A stretch of DNA of 64,000 nucleotides from Patescibacteria group bacterium (GCA_028717685.1 JAQUNI010000001.1:143451-207450); one strand, 5' to 3'; numbered from the stretch's first letter, positions 29,401-37,790 are shown. Made by a program: numbers and translations. Notes: generated from the sequence alone by a model not told the origin.

Positions 29401-30409
29401 CATTACCTGCTACATCAAGCTTATGCTGGGGGTATTTAGTGCCAATGCCTACTTGATCATTAGTAGTATCAACATAGAGAGCCTTTGTTCCGACCGTGAA
29501 GTTGCCCCCAACATCCACACTCTTTTGCAATTCAGTTGACCCTTTAACTTCAATACCACTACCAAAATATACTTTCCCAAGCAGGCTCAAGTCCTGTGAT
29601 GTGCTGGCACCGTTAGTGGTAACATTCTGTAAATTGATATTATTGGAAGAGGCATTAGAGACTATCTTGGGGATAGAGTCGCCTAAAACAATCTCTGAAG
29701 ATGGATGGGATTCCGATGTTTGTTCCGTAGGGGAAGAGGCTTGCGGTTTAATCTTGCTGTTTAAGGCTAGATCGTCTGTTTGAAGATTATGGATTATGGA
29801 TCCTGTATTTTGGTCAACATTTTTTAGTAAACTACTAAATACTTTTAATGGGAAATATCCTCTTTCCGCAGAAACACCTCTCACAAAAACCAGAGTATTG
29901 GCGAAAAGGACTATGAGGATCAAAAGAGTTAAGAAAACGGGTCTAAAACGAGGAGGCGGAACAACAAATCTGGACCAAAAGGACAACGATGGTTTTAGGT
30001 TTTTCAGGATTTTATTCTTGAAAACGGATTTGAAGCGGAGCAATGTGGAAGATGATTCAGATTGGGGGGATAACAATAATTTCAGGTCTTCAAAAACTTT
30101 GAAGCTCTTGATTGGCGCCTTTACCCTGTTAGACAGTAACCCCCTTAAAGCCTCTGGTCTCTTACGGAATAAACATCTAATGGAGCCAGGGCAGTTTGTT
30201 AGCCCCGTTAGAAATAAATTTCTAAACGGGGTTAGAGAACAAGGTTCTCTAACGGGGTTTACTGACCCTAACGGTTTACAGGTGAAACCGAGAGCAAGAC
30301 ATCGGGAGCGTATCTTAAACATAAGATGAGAATATTTTTTATGAATACAAAACCCACCCCTTGAAAACAGAGAAATAATTTTTGAAACTATAGGGCTTTT
30401 TGTTTGCAT
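26465..30409 (-). CDS. Giant cell-surface protein. Layout: N-terminal signal anchor, ~7 Asp-box-like beta-propeller repeats, GIGT tail-fibre-like motifs, Peptidase_S74-like intramolecular chaperone domain, C-terminal coiled coil
   Basis: 1314-aa ORF. It contains repeats of ~40 aa (NRVMTSPDGITWTARTAAEANxWxxVTYGNGLFVAV), GIGT motifs (VGIGTKYPQHKLDVAGNV, IGIGTSAPGTKFVIA), a chaperone-like segment (SLRYKDDVQTL...GFIAEEFDALGLSNLVIYDEQG) and heptad-rich ESRI repeats. A family B repeat at 30203-30258 lies inside the 5' end of the ORF, so the true start is probably downstream, for example TTG 29987 or TTG 29923 just before the VFLTLLILIVLFANTLVFV anchor. Confidence 0.7.
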   Translation of the reverse strand: MQTKSPIVSKIISLFSRGGFCIHKKYSHLMFKIRSRCLALGFTCKPLGSVNPVREPCSLTPFRNLFLTGLTNCPGSIRCLFRKRPEALRGLLSNRVKAPIKSFKVFEDLKLLLSPQSESSSTLLRFKSVFKNKILKNLKPSLSFWSRFVVPPPRFRPVFLTLLILIVLFANTLVFVRGVSAERGYFPLKVFSSLLKNVDQNTGSIIHNLQTDDLALNSKIKPQASSPTEQTSESHPSSEIVLGDSIPKIVSNASSNNINLQNVTTNGASTSQDLSLLGKVYFGSGIEVKGSTELQKSVDVGGNFTVGTKALYVDTTNDQVGIGTKYPQHKLDVAGNVKVGQELIVIKDAHLYNNLTVDGQTKLTGILEANGGIYIDDDKFIVNGKTGDVETAGTLRVHQDAWFNRNVFIGNGGTVNYATGDGDLYVEDVLEVDGTIYGNVIGTITPGFTQGSVVFTDAAGALAQDNANFYWDDTNNRLGVGTTTPGEKLEVVGNIISKGTSWIARTATEANTWNGVAYGNGLFVAVSYNGTNRVMTSPDGITWTARTAAEANGWNWVTYGNGLFVAVAETGTHRVMTSPDGITWTARTAAEANKWEGVTYGNGLFVAVAYSGTHRVMTSPDGITWTARTAPEANSWYSVTYGNGLFVAVAYNGTNRVMTSPDGITWTARTAAEANTWYAVTYGNGLFVAVGHSGTHRVMTSPDGITWTARTAVADSWNSVTYGNGLFVAVGLTDTNRVMTSPDGITWTTRTAPESNWWMSVTYGNGLFVAVSWNWSGGTHQVMTSGKSEMNVVSTNHIYQGGMSIMSGNVGIGTSTPDNLLSLNKASGDPILDFKIADSTKFSVGVDDSDSDKFKIETAATLGGATPAFVITSTGAIGIGTSAPGTKFVIANIDTSASAANMFIDTTTGSVYRSTSSLRYKDDVQTLQDDFTKILEARPTSFIDKATGKRDVGFIAEEFDALGLSNLVIYDEQGRPDAIKYERISLYQNEVLKEQQQKLSVIDDNMQLVQNELGISAGDTTSRLTGLELGIGNQESGILSLESRIKDQESRIQDLETRITNYESQITENDADTAPAQMVEGASSEQVDLESLQSTLQTLVDSLSNLENVSNQLNTLSASILTVMESNQANTARIQELEEETQNLQQIVKIVEDKVIIGDPNKYLVLDAATGLEINSENFAVDKDGNVKVKGELKLVSGRILSETGILELNPGEANDTVPEPKVVVKGDLEVVGKITNIITGTGVIEAGKKDAVFENEEVTKDSFIGITPLSSTFIYLSEVGEKSFTVSALEEVSEDTEFNWWIIKEGGEKKGED
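30203..30258. repeat. Family B palindromic unit (CCCCGTTAGAAAT-aaa-ATTTCTAAACGGGG + TTAGAGAAC-aa-GGTTCTCTAACGGGG)
   Basis: Two adjacent perfect hairpins. Copies or relatives lie at 48381-48427, 8997-9105, 21436-21470 and 56204-56240. Confidence 0.65.
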
Positions 30410-30581
30410 TTTGGGAGATATGAATTCCGTATCGGTTTCTAGCTTTTATACTAAAAAATTGAGAGAGTAAGTCTCTACTGAAAATCTCCTAGTAGATTTA
30501 CTGGTTTAAGTACATTACTATTATATAATACCTCCCCCCACTCGTTTTTACAAGAATGTTATCCACAAAGTAATATAAAAG

Positions 30582-30613
30582 ACTAACCCTTAAGGGCGAG
30601 GGTTAGTCTTCCA
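30582..30613 (-). terminator. 32-bp direct repeat copy 2 (same hairpin), downstream of the FG-GAP/L,D-transpeptidase gene
   Basis: actaacccttaagggcgagggttagtcttcca is identical to 26316-26347. On the minus strand the hairpin is followed by tcttttat. Confidence 0.5.
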
Positions 30614-30868
30614 CCGCGTTTTAGTTTGAATTTTTTAGGCGCGGACTGCCTCTCATTTTTAGGCAGCGACGCCTGTTAAATTTTACGGTGGCGGAGAAAC
30701 CACGTCTTTCGCGTTCCCGACGTCACCGTAAAATTATTCTATGCACTCTTTCATCTTAATAAATACATCAAATTTTTGTTTCTTAATTTTTAATTTTTAA
30801 CTAATTTTTATTTACTTAATTTTTATTGTTATTATAAATAAAACAATAATTCAATAACTAAATAAAAA

Positions 30869-32455
30869 TTAGTCTTGAACAATTACCGGCGTTCCTATTG
30901 CCGCCCAATCGTAAAGCTGTTTAGCCGGTCCCACACCGAGGCGCACGCAGCCATGAGAAACGCGCACACCTAAATGATTAGCCCCTTCCTTATAACCGCC
31001 CGGCCATTCGGGCAATTCATGAATGCCATGACCTTTAGTAGTAAAAGCCATCCAATAGGGCATATATAACCCATATTTAGAAGACCAGGCGCGCGGATTT
31101 TTACTTAAAATGTGAAAATTACCCAAGGGAGTGCCCATACCAGGCCGACCTGTAGATACCTTAGTGTCTAAAAATATTTTCTCTCCTTCATAAGCCTTCA
31201 AATTTTGCTCTGAAATGTCAATCACAATCTTCTTTAAACCATTGAAATTGTAGTTCAAAGCAGGCAAGATAATAATTTCCGCAATATGATCGCCATCTAA
31301 ATCTGCCGCCGCCAGGTTCACCCCGCCATTAAAATTCTTTTCAAAAGGATAATAACTGTAACCAGTCTGGTTCATCGCTTGGGAGCTAACGCCACTCACC
31401 AGACTTGGTTCCTTAAGATTACCTCCCACCCCCTCCTTTCTCCCCGCTCCGGGCAAGGGGAGAGCCGCTCCCATTCTCTCTTTTTCAGAATCAGTATCTT
31501 CTTGCGCGATTTTCACCCCGCCGATATTATAAGGGGAACTCTTCTGAATCTCGCCCAAGTGATTGAACGCCCGCACATGCGGCGCGCCGCCCGGACCAGC
31601 GCCAGCCAAAATCTCACTCTTGCCGTCAAAATTCAAATCCGCCGCGGCGATATCCACGCCGCCCTTGAAACCTTGATCAAAGGCGATGAAGCTGGATTCT
31701 AAAAGGCCATTACTCTTATATACTTTAATCTGGGCTTTATCCTGACGCGCGGCAGAAACGATAATCTCCGGAAGTTTATCTCCGTCCACATCCGCCGCGG
31801 CGATATCCACGCCACCCTTGAAGTCGCGCGGAAAAGGATAAAGGACAAAATCAGTCCGCGTACCATTTCCTTTAAAAACACGCACCTCGGAGCGCGTACC
31901 CTGCCCTCGCGAAACCAAAATTTCCGCATTATGATCGCCGTCTAAATCCGCAAGGGCAATGTGCACGCCGCCCCGAAACGCCGCTGGTTCTCCAAAAAAA
32001 TCCGCTAAAACAGTTTTGTTTAGGTCTGCCTTGTAAACCTTGATATGGGCGCTCTCGCGGGAAGCAACCGCCACCGCAATTTCATCCTTTTGGTCGCCAT
32101 TAACATCCCCACAAGCCACATCAACGCCTCCCAAAAATTCTGCGTCAAAAGGATAGATTACATAATTGGTCTTTTTGCCTCGATAGTCATAAACGCGCAC
32201 TTCGCTTCTCCGACCCGGTCCTGAACCAATCACAATTTCCTTATGACCATCACCATTTAGATCCCCCACGCAAACCGAAACCCCGCCGCGGAAATCATTT
32301 TCAAATAAATTAAAATCCTGGCCTTGTTTAAGGTCCACAGCTTTGAAAATACGACCGAGACCAAAATAATCGCGAGCCTCTACACTTTTTAATGGCCCAA
32401 AAATCATTCCTGACATTAAAACTGCCGTAAAAATTATTGTTTTTGTTTTTGTCAT
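30869..32455 (-). CDS. Secreted FG-GAP repeat beta-propeller protein fused to a C-terminal L,D-transpeptidase (YkuD) catalytic domain
   Basis: 528 aa with a signal peptide. Six or more FG-GAP-like repeats are present (GDLNGDGHKEIVIGSG, ADLDGDHNAEILVS, ADVDGDKLPEIIVSA, ADLNFDGKSEILAGAG, ADLDGDHIAEIIIL). The C-terminal HGIHELP...GVRVSHGCVRL contains the LDT active-site His and Cys motif. Confidence 0.8.
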   Translation of the reverse strand: MTKTKTIIFTAVLMSGMIFGPLKSVEARDYFGLGRIFKAVDLKQGQDFNLFENDFRGGVSVCVGDLNGDGHKEIVIGSGPGRRSEVRVYDYRGKKTNYVIYPFDAEFLGGVDVACGDVNGDQKDEIAVAVASRESAHIKVYKADLNKTVLADFFGEPAAFRGGVHIALADLDGDHNAEILVSRGQGTRSEVRVFKGNGTRTDFVLYPFPRDFKGGVDIAAADVDGDKLPEIIVSAARQDKAQIKVYKSNGLLESSFIAFDQGFKGGVDIAAADLNFDGKSEILAGAGPGGAPHVRAFNHLGEIQKSSPYNIGGVKIAQEDTDSEKERMGAALPLPGAGRKEGVGGNLKEPSLVSGVSSQAMNQTGYSYYPFEKNFNGGVNLAAADLDGDHIAEIIILPALNYNFNGLKKIVIDISEQNLKAYEGEKIFLDTKVSTGRPGMGTPLGNFHILSKNPRAWSSKYGLYMPYWMAFTTKGHGIHELPEWPGGYKEGANHLGVRVSHGCVRLGVGPAKQLYDWAAIGTPVIVQD

Positions 32456-32624
32456 TTTTATTTTTATTTGCCTCGCCGTAGTCAGCCAGAGGCGGACGAA
32501 GCTCGCCTTCGCTTAAAGCTTTAGGCGGAGCAAGGCGGGTTTTACCTCGCCGAAGCACACAAAGTGCGTAGACGGGTTTAGTCCTCTTTTAGAAAGCTAT
32601 TTTGGCTTTCTTTGAGTAAGACTT

Positions 32625-32663
32625 TAAAAAGCTCGCCGGGGATAAAACCCCTTAAGCGAGCTC
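32625..32663 (-). terminator. Hairpin plus T-tract on the minus strand (agctcgcc-GGGGataaaaCCCC-ttaa-gcgagct)
   Basis: The minus strand reads agagctcgcttaaggggttttatccccggcgagct followed by ttttt. There is no protein gene immediately upstream on the minus strand. Confidence 0.4.
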
Positions 32664-32879
32664 TTTGTACTTGACTGCTTTTATTATATCATATTATGGA
32701 TTTTGAGTCAATAGTTTTCTTGCTAAAATTCAAAAAATGTATTTTAATTAGATTATCACATCAATCATAAATTCCACCTTAAAGTACGAATCGCGCTTCA
32801 AAAGAAAATTTTGGGATATCTTTTAGCTTTGAATCATCGTTCTTTACCCAAACTTTATATATAGTAATCAGGAGCTAAT

Positions 32880-33344
32880 TTGATGGAAATTGGATATGAA
32901 GGAGGAAGGATAAATATGTTAAATTCTGAAGTCGCTGAAAGGTTATTGTTTATTGGTATGAATGAAGAATTAAAAAAGAAGGTGTTTTTACTAAAAAACC
33001 TTCTGGAGGAAATTGCTCAAAAGCTGGGAGGAGAGGTATTTCCAGCAATCCAAATAGTGGAAGAGAAAAAGTTTCTTGATTACGAAATTAGGATTAAAGC
33101 GAGAACAGCGCTTTTTTCACGGCTCATTACTATTGCCAGGGCATATTTTCTGCATGGTTTTAGCGGTGACGATGGAAAATGGACCGACCTTAGAGTCGCT
33201 TTCAGAAAAGATAGGTGCCCTCAATCCATCTTTTCACAGCTAGAGCTAGAAATGAATAAAGAAACTGTGGATCGGCACCCCATCAAGGTAGAATATGTTG
33301 ACTACAAAAAAGACCAAAAGGAAGGCTTTTTTAGAAAACTTTAA
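32880..33344 (+). CDS. Hypothetical protein (154 aa)
   Basis: A plus-strand ORF with a Shine-Dalgarno (aggagctaatttgATG), followed by a bidirectional terminator. Confidence 0.5.
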   Translation: MMEIGYEGGRINMLNSEVAERLLFIGMNEELKKKVFLLKNLLEEIAQKLGGEVFPAIQIVEEKKFLDYEIRIKARTALFSRLITIARAYFLHGFSGDDGKWTDLRVAFRKDRCPQSIFSQLELEMNKETVDRHPIKVEYVDYKKDQKEGFFRKL

Positions 33345-33432
33345 ATTATATTTATTCTACCTCTGCGGCGCGAAGCTCATTTTACCCATAAGGGAAGAAC
33401 TTTACTTCCCTTACCTATCCTTACTATAAATA

Positions 33433-33466
33433 AAAAGCCCCTCTTGATTTCCAGGGCTTTTTTTAT
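33433..33466. terminator. Bidirectional rho-independent terminator
   Basis: An aagccc-ctcttgatttcc-agggctt hairpin is flanked by aaaaa on one side and ttttttt on the other. It serves the plus-strand gene ending at 33344 and the minus-strand ATPase operon ending at 33478. Confidence 0.6.
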
Positions 33467-33477
33467 TTTCCAGAACA

Positions 33478-33780
33478 TTAATAACCTAACAATAATTGAA
33501 TCCTCTCCCCCTCTCCTTCCAAAACCTGCCCCTCTCTTTCCACGCGCGTCGTTCCTCGCATATGCATTGGCTTCATATTTTCAAAATGCAAATCAATAAA
33601 TAAATTTCCATCCTGATCTAATGAAGGATGGGCGTGGAAGCGCGGGTAAAAACCAGCGCCAAGCCGGCGCACATATCCTAATTCTCTGCTTCTTGGATCA
33701 CGCAGGGGCTGATAGCCCAAACGGCGCATAAGGTTAGGAATGTTTTCTCTAATTTTTTCTTTAGATATTTCAATACGCAT
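33478..33780 (-). CDS. Hypothetical 100-aa protein encoded at the distal end of the V/A-ATPase operon
   Basis: ORF 10 nt downstream of the atpD stop. No recognisable family. Confidence 0.4.
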   Translation of the reverse strand: MRIEISKEKIRENIPNLMRRLGYQPLRDPRSRELGYVRRLGAGFYPRFHAHPSLDQDGNLFIDLHFENMKPMHMRGTTRVEREGQVLEGEGERIQLLLGY

Positions 33781-33790
33781 AATTTTAAGA

Positions 33791-34414
33791 TTAGGCTTGC
33801 GCCGCGATCATAGCTTTTACTTTCATCAGCCGCGTCAAATTCCCTCTCTCTTGTTCATCTAATTTCATTGTAATCTCGCGGATCGCGGACTGCAAATTTG
33901 GCACTAAAACATATTCCAAAGAATTTACTCTCCGCCGCGTTTTCTCAATCTCGCGGCTAAGCATTAAAATCGCTTTTTCAGTCTGCGCCAAGCGGACCAT
34001 TTTTTCTAAAGAAGTCTCAAATCCTTTCAAACTTGTATCCAATTCCGCGACAGTATCCAAATAACCATAGCAAATCGGTTCTCCTTCCTTTTGAACCTCA
34101 AAAAGCGGCACTTTGATATTCATTATATTCTTCTCGCTTGTTTGCAGGGAAAGCTTCATCTTGGACAACATCAAAGCCGCCTCTAGGCTTTGGGCTGGCA
34201 TTTCCGCGGCGGCGAAAGCAAAAGACAAAAAAGCTTCGCTCAATGATTTTTCTACCGCTTCGCGAACATCCTTGGCTTCGCGGACTACCTGCATAAAATC
34301 TTTCATTAGTCCGTCCCGTTTCTCTTTTAATAATTTATGCCCTCTTTGCGCGACTTTGAGCCGCTTTTTCAATTTAAGCAGCTCCACGCGCGTGGGGTTG
34401 ATTTTGACTTGCAT
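33791..34414 (-). CDS. atpD: V/A-type ATP synthase subunit D
   Basis: 207 aa. Starts MQVKINPTRVELLKLKKRLKVAQRGHKLLKEKRDGLMKDF, the canonical V-type D subunit N-terminus. Confidence 0.85.
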   Translation of the reverse strand: MQVKINPTRVELLKLKKRLKVAQRGHKLLKEKRDGLMKDFMQVVREAKDVREAVEKSLSEAFLSFAFAAAEMPAQSLEAALMLSKMKLSLQTSEKNIMNIKVPLFEVQKEGEPICYGYLDTVAELDTSLKGFETSLEKMVRLAQTEKAILMLSREIEKTRRRVNSLEYVLVPNLQSAIREITMKLDEQERGNLTRLMKVKAMIAAQA

Positions 34415-34507
34415 TATTTTAGAACCCCTCCCCGCCCGCAGGTCTTGAGAGGGAGAAATTATTATCCCCTTCTGGTCTCAAGGGAGTTAGGAGGAGAAAA
34501 GAGGGAG

Positions 34508-35935
34508 TTATCTCTTAAAATACTTCTCAATCATTTCCGGCTTCACTCTCTTTAACTCGGACTGCGGTAAAATAGACAAAAGTTCCCAGCCCAAACTCAA
34601 TGTTTGAATAATGTCACGATCCTCATATTCACCTTGGCGGACGAATTTGTCTTCAAAGAGAGAGGCAAACTTTAAATATTTTTTATCGGTTTCATCCAAA
34701 CTCTCTTCGCCCAAAATCACGGCTAATTCTTCCACTTCCTTACCGCGGGCATAAGAAGCGAATAACTGATTTAAAACACCGGAATGATCCTCGCGGGTTT
34801 TACCTTCGCCGATTCCTTTGTCTTTAAGCCGGGAAAGGGAAGGTAAAACATCCACGGGCGGAAAAATCCCCTTGCGGTGCAATTCGCGGCTAAACATAAT
34901 TTGGCCTTCGGTAATGTAACCGGTTAAATCGGGCACGGGATGGGTTTTGTCGTCCTCGGGCATGGAAAGGATCGGAATCTGCGTGATGGAACCGGGCTTG
35001 CCTTTAATGCGCCCCGCGCGTTCATAAATTGTAGAAAGGTCGGTATAAAGATAACCCGGATAACCACGCCGACCCGGAATTTCTTTGCGCGCCGCCGAAA
35101 CTTCGCGCAAGGCTTCACAATAATTAGTCAGATCAGACATAATGACTAGTACATCCATTCCCTTTTCAAAAGCCAAATATTCAGCGCAGGTTAAAGCCAT
35201 TCTGGGCGTTGCAATCCGCTCCACCACGGGATCATTAGCAAGGTTAATAAACAGCACCGAACGCTCAATCGCTCCGGTTTTCTTAAAATCATTTTGAAAA
35301 AAATTCGCCTCATCAAAAGTGATACCCATCGCCACAAACACCACCGCAAACTTCGTCTCTTTTCGGTCTTTATTCCGTGATTCGTGATTCGTGATTCGTG
35401 ATTCGGTATGCCGTAAATCCCAGCGCATCTTTGCCTGCCTCGCGATTTGAGCCGCAAGGCGCGCGTGCGGCAGACCAGCGCCCGAAAAAATAGGCAGTTT
35501 CTGACCACGCACCAGCGTGTTCATGCCGTCAATCGTGGAAACGCCGGTTTGAATAAATTCATCGGGATAAGAACGGGCATAAGGATTTAAAGGCAAACCA
35601 TTGATATCTAATTCTTGGTCTGGAATAATTCTAGGTCCGCCATCAATCGGCTTGCCCGCGCCAGAAAACACCCGACCTAGAATATCCTCGGATACCGGCA
35701 GTCTCAAACCTCGTCCCAAGAATTTGACCTTGGTGCCAGCACGCGGCACGCCTTGCGGCGCTTCAAAGAGCTGGATTAAGGTGAGCTCGCGTCCGGCTTC
35801 CAGAACCTTGCCTAGTATTTTGCGACCTTCTTTTGTTTCCACTTCCACTAATTCTTCATACTTTGCGCCTTCAATCTTTTCCAAAATTATTAAAGGTCCC
35901 GCAATTTCTTTCACTGTTTTATAAGCTTTGGACAT
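34508..35935 (-). CDS. atpB: V/A-type ATP synthase subunit B (regulatory), with an in-frame heptamer-repeat insertion
   Basis: 475 aa with a V-type B fold. At 35374-35401 the sequence (gattcgt)x4 is translated as [12 protein letters not shown] inside an approximately 25-aa loop insertion. Confidence 0.92.
   Translation of the reverse strand: MSKAYKTVKEIAGPLIILEKIEGAKYEELVEVETKEGRKILGKVLEAGRELTLIQLFEAPQGVPRAGTKVKFLGRGLRLPVSEDILGRVFSGAGKPIDGGPRIIPDQELDINGLPLNPYARSYPDEFIQTGVSTIDGMNTLVRGQKLPIFSGAGLPHARLAAQIARQAKMRWDLRHTESRITNHESRNKDRKETKFAVVFVAMGITFDEANFFQNDFKKTGAIERSVLFINLANDPVVERIATPRMALTCAEYLAFEKGMDVLVIMSDLTNYCEALREVSAARKEIPGRRGYPGYLYTDLSTIYERAGRIKGKPGSITQIPILSMPEDDKTHPVPDLTGYITEGQIMFSRELHRKGIFPPVDVLPSLSRLKDKGIGEGKTREDHSGVLNQLFASYARGKEVEELAVILGEESLDETDKKYLKFASLFEDKFVRQGEYEDRDIIQTLSLGWELLSILPQSELKRVKPEMIEKYFKR
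35374..35401. repeat. Heptanucleotide tandem repeat (GATTCGT x4) inside the atpB coding sequence
   Basis: gtgattcgtgattcgtgattcgtgattcg. The unit length of 7 means any copy-number change would shift the frame. Confidence 0.8.
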
Positions 35936-35937
35936 AA

Positions 35938-35985
35938 AAATAAAGTTAAAAGTTAAAAGTGAAAAGGTAAAAGCTATTGCACATC
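35938..35985 (-). promoter_or_regulatory. CUUUUAA-type heptamer leader array upstream of atpB
   Basis: The coding strand reads gcaatagcttttaccttttcacttttaacttttaactttatttttATG. Confidence 0.45.
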
Positions 35986-35987
35986 AA

Positions 35988-37739
35988 TTACACCACTTTC
36001 TCTATCTTCTCCCAAACCTTTTTATACTCTGCCTCTATTTTATCTTCGGGAATAAATTTGAGTCGGGCAATATCTTCAATAATTTCCTGCTTAAATAATG
36101 CCTTCAAGTCCAACTCGTTAACTTTGGAAAGCGCTAAATCGTAGAAATCAATAATAATCTTTAACATACCGTATTGTTTAGATAAGGAGGTATAGGTATC
36201 AATTTCATCAAAGGCATTCTGATGCAAAAAGTCTTCCCGAATCATCCGGGCAACGCGCAAGATTAATTGGTCCCGCGAACCTAAAGCGTCAAAACCGACC
36301 AAACGCACAATCTCTTCCAGATTGGCTTCTTCCTGCAAAATTTCCATTGCTCTTTGACGATACTGGTTAAAATCCGCGGCGACATTATTTTTAAAATACT
36401 CCTCTAAATTTTCAGTGTATAAAGAATAGCTGGTCAGCCAATTAATCGCTGGGAAATGGCGCTTGTAGGCGAGCGCTGAATCCAAAGCCCAAAAAACCTT
36501 GGTAACCCGCAAAGTGTTTTGCGTCACCGGTTCAGAAAAATCGCCGCCCGGCGGCGAGACCGCGCCAATCACGGACAAAGAGCCAACGCGCTTCTCCGAT
36601 CCTAAACACTCCACGCGGCCAGCGCGTTCATAAAACGCCGCCGTCCGCGTGCCGAGATACGCAGGATAACCTTCTTCACCGGGCATCTCCTCCAGCCGTC
36701 CTGACATTTCCCGCAAAGCCTCGGCCCAGCGCGAAGTGGAATCCGCGGTAAGCGCGACTTTGTAACCCATATCACGATAATATTCAGCGATGGTAATCCC
36801 GGTGTAAATAGACGCTTCGCGCGCCGCCACAGGCATATTAGAAGTATTGGCAATCAAAATCGTGCGCTCCATTAATTGTCTTCCCGATTTCGGATCTTTC
36901 AATTCCGGAAATTCAATCAAAACATCGGTCATCTCATTCCCCCGCTCCCCGCAGCCGATAAAAACGATAATCTCCGCATCTGCCCATTTAGCTAACTGAT
37001 GCTGAACCACAGTCTTCCCGGACCCAAAAGGACCCGGCACGCAAGCTGTGCCGCCTTGGGCAAGCGGGAAAAAGGTATCAATCACTCTCTGTCCTGAAGC
37101 CATTAAAGTATCAATGGGTAAATTTTGTTTCACCGGCCGCGGAATCCGAATCGGCCAACGCTGCAACATTGTAATCTCTTGTTCGCCTTGCGCTGTTTTA
37201 ATCTTCGCGACAATATCTTCCACTTTGGATTGACCAGCCTTTATTGCCGTGATTTTCCCCCGCGCACCCTGAGGCACCATAATTTTATGCATAATCAAGG
37301 AGGTTTCTTGAACCGTACCTAGAATATCGCCTTCCTTCACAACATCCCCTTCCTTTTTTACAGGCTTAAAATCCCATTCCTTTTCGCGGTCAATCCCCGG
37401 TACTTCCATACCCCTCGCAATAAAAGCGCCAGACTTGGCAAAAATCAAATCTAATGGTCTTTGAATGCCGTCATAGATGGCTTTAATCATTCCCGGTCCC
37501 AGTTCCACAGACAAAGGTCTGCCAGTTGTCTCCACTAACTCTCCCGGTCCAACACCGGCGGTGTCCTCATATACTTGAATGGAGGCTTGGTCTTGGTTTA
37601 AGCCAATAATCTCGCCGATTAATTTTTTCTCCCCCACTTTGACCACATCAAACATCCGCGCATTAGGGATGCCTTCGGCGATCACAAGCGGACCGGAAAC
37701 TTTAACAATGATTCCCTGTTTATTTTCTAAATTAGACAT
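35988..37739 (-). CDS. atpA: V/A-type ATP synthase subunit A (catalytic)
   Basis: 583 aa. Contains the Walker A motif GPFGSGKT and the non-homologous region typical of V/A-type A subunits. Confidence 0.92.
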   Translation of the reverse strand: MSNLENKQGIIVKVSGPLVIAEGIPNARMFDVVKVGEKKLIGEIIGLNQDQASIQVYEDTAGVGPGELVETTGRPLSVELGPGMIKAIYDGIQRPLDLIFAKSGAFIARGMEVPGIDREKEWDFKPVKKEGDVVKEGDILGTVQETSLIMHKIMVPQGARGKITAIKAGQSKVEDIVAKIKTAQGEQEITMLQRWPIRIPRPVKQNLPIDTLMASGQRVIDTFFPLAQGGTACVPGPFGSGKTVVQHQLAKWADAEIIVFIGCGERGNEMTDVLIEFPELKDPKSGRQLMERTILIANTSNMPVAAREASIYTGITIAEYYRDMGYKVALTADSTSRWAEALREMSGRLEEMPGEEGYPAYLGTRTAAFYERAGRVECLGSEKRVGSLSVIGAVSPPGGDFSEPVTQNTLRVTKVFWALDSALAYKRHFPAINWLTSYSLYTENLEEYFKNNVAADFNQYRQRAMEILQEEANLEEIVRLVGFDALGSRDQLILRVARMIREDFLHQNAFDEIDTYTSLSKQYGMLKIIIDFYDLALSKVNELDLKALFKQEIIEDIARLKFIPEDKIEAEYKKVWEKIEKVV

Positions 37740-37740
37740 A

Positions 37741-37790
37741 GTTTAAAAAAGCTAAAAATTAAAAGCGAAAAGCTAAAAGTTAAAATTCTT
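37741..37790 (-). promoter_or_regulatory. Heptamer leader array (AGCTTTT/AACTTTT) upstream of atpA
   Basis: The coding strand reads gaattttaacttttagcttttcgcttttaatttttagcttttttaaactATG. Confidence 0.4.

Noticed and set aside
26592-30329. Several plus-strand ORFs (26592-27008, 27471-28013, 29496-29783, 29796-30329) antisense to the giant gene
   Set aside because: They lie entirely inside a long minus-strand ORF with clear domain content. They have low-complexity or proline- and serine-rich translations typical of antisense frames of repetitive genes.
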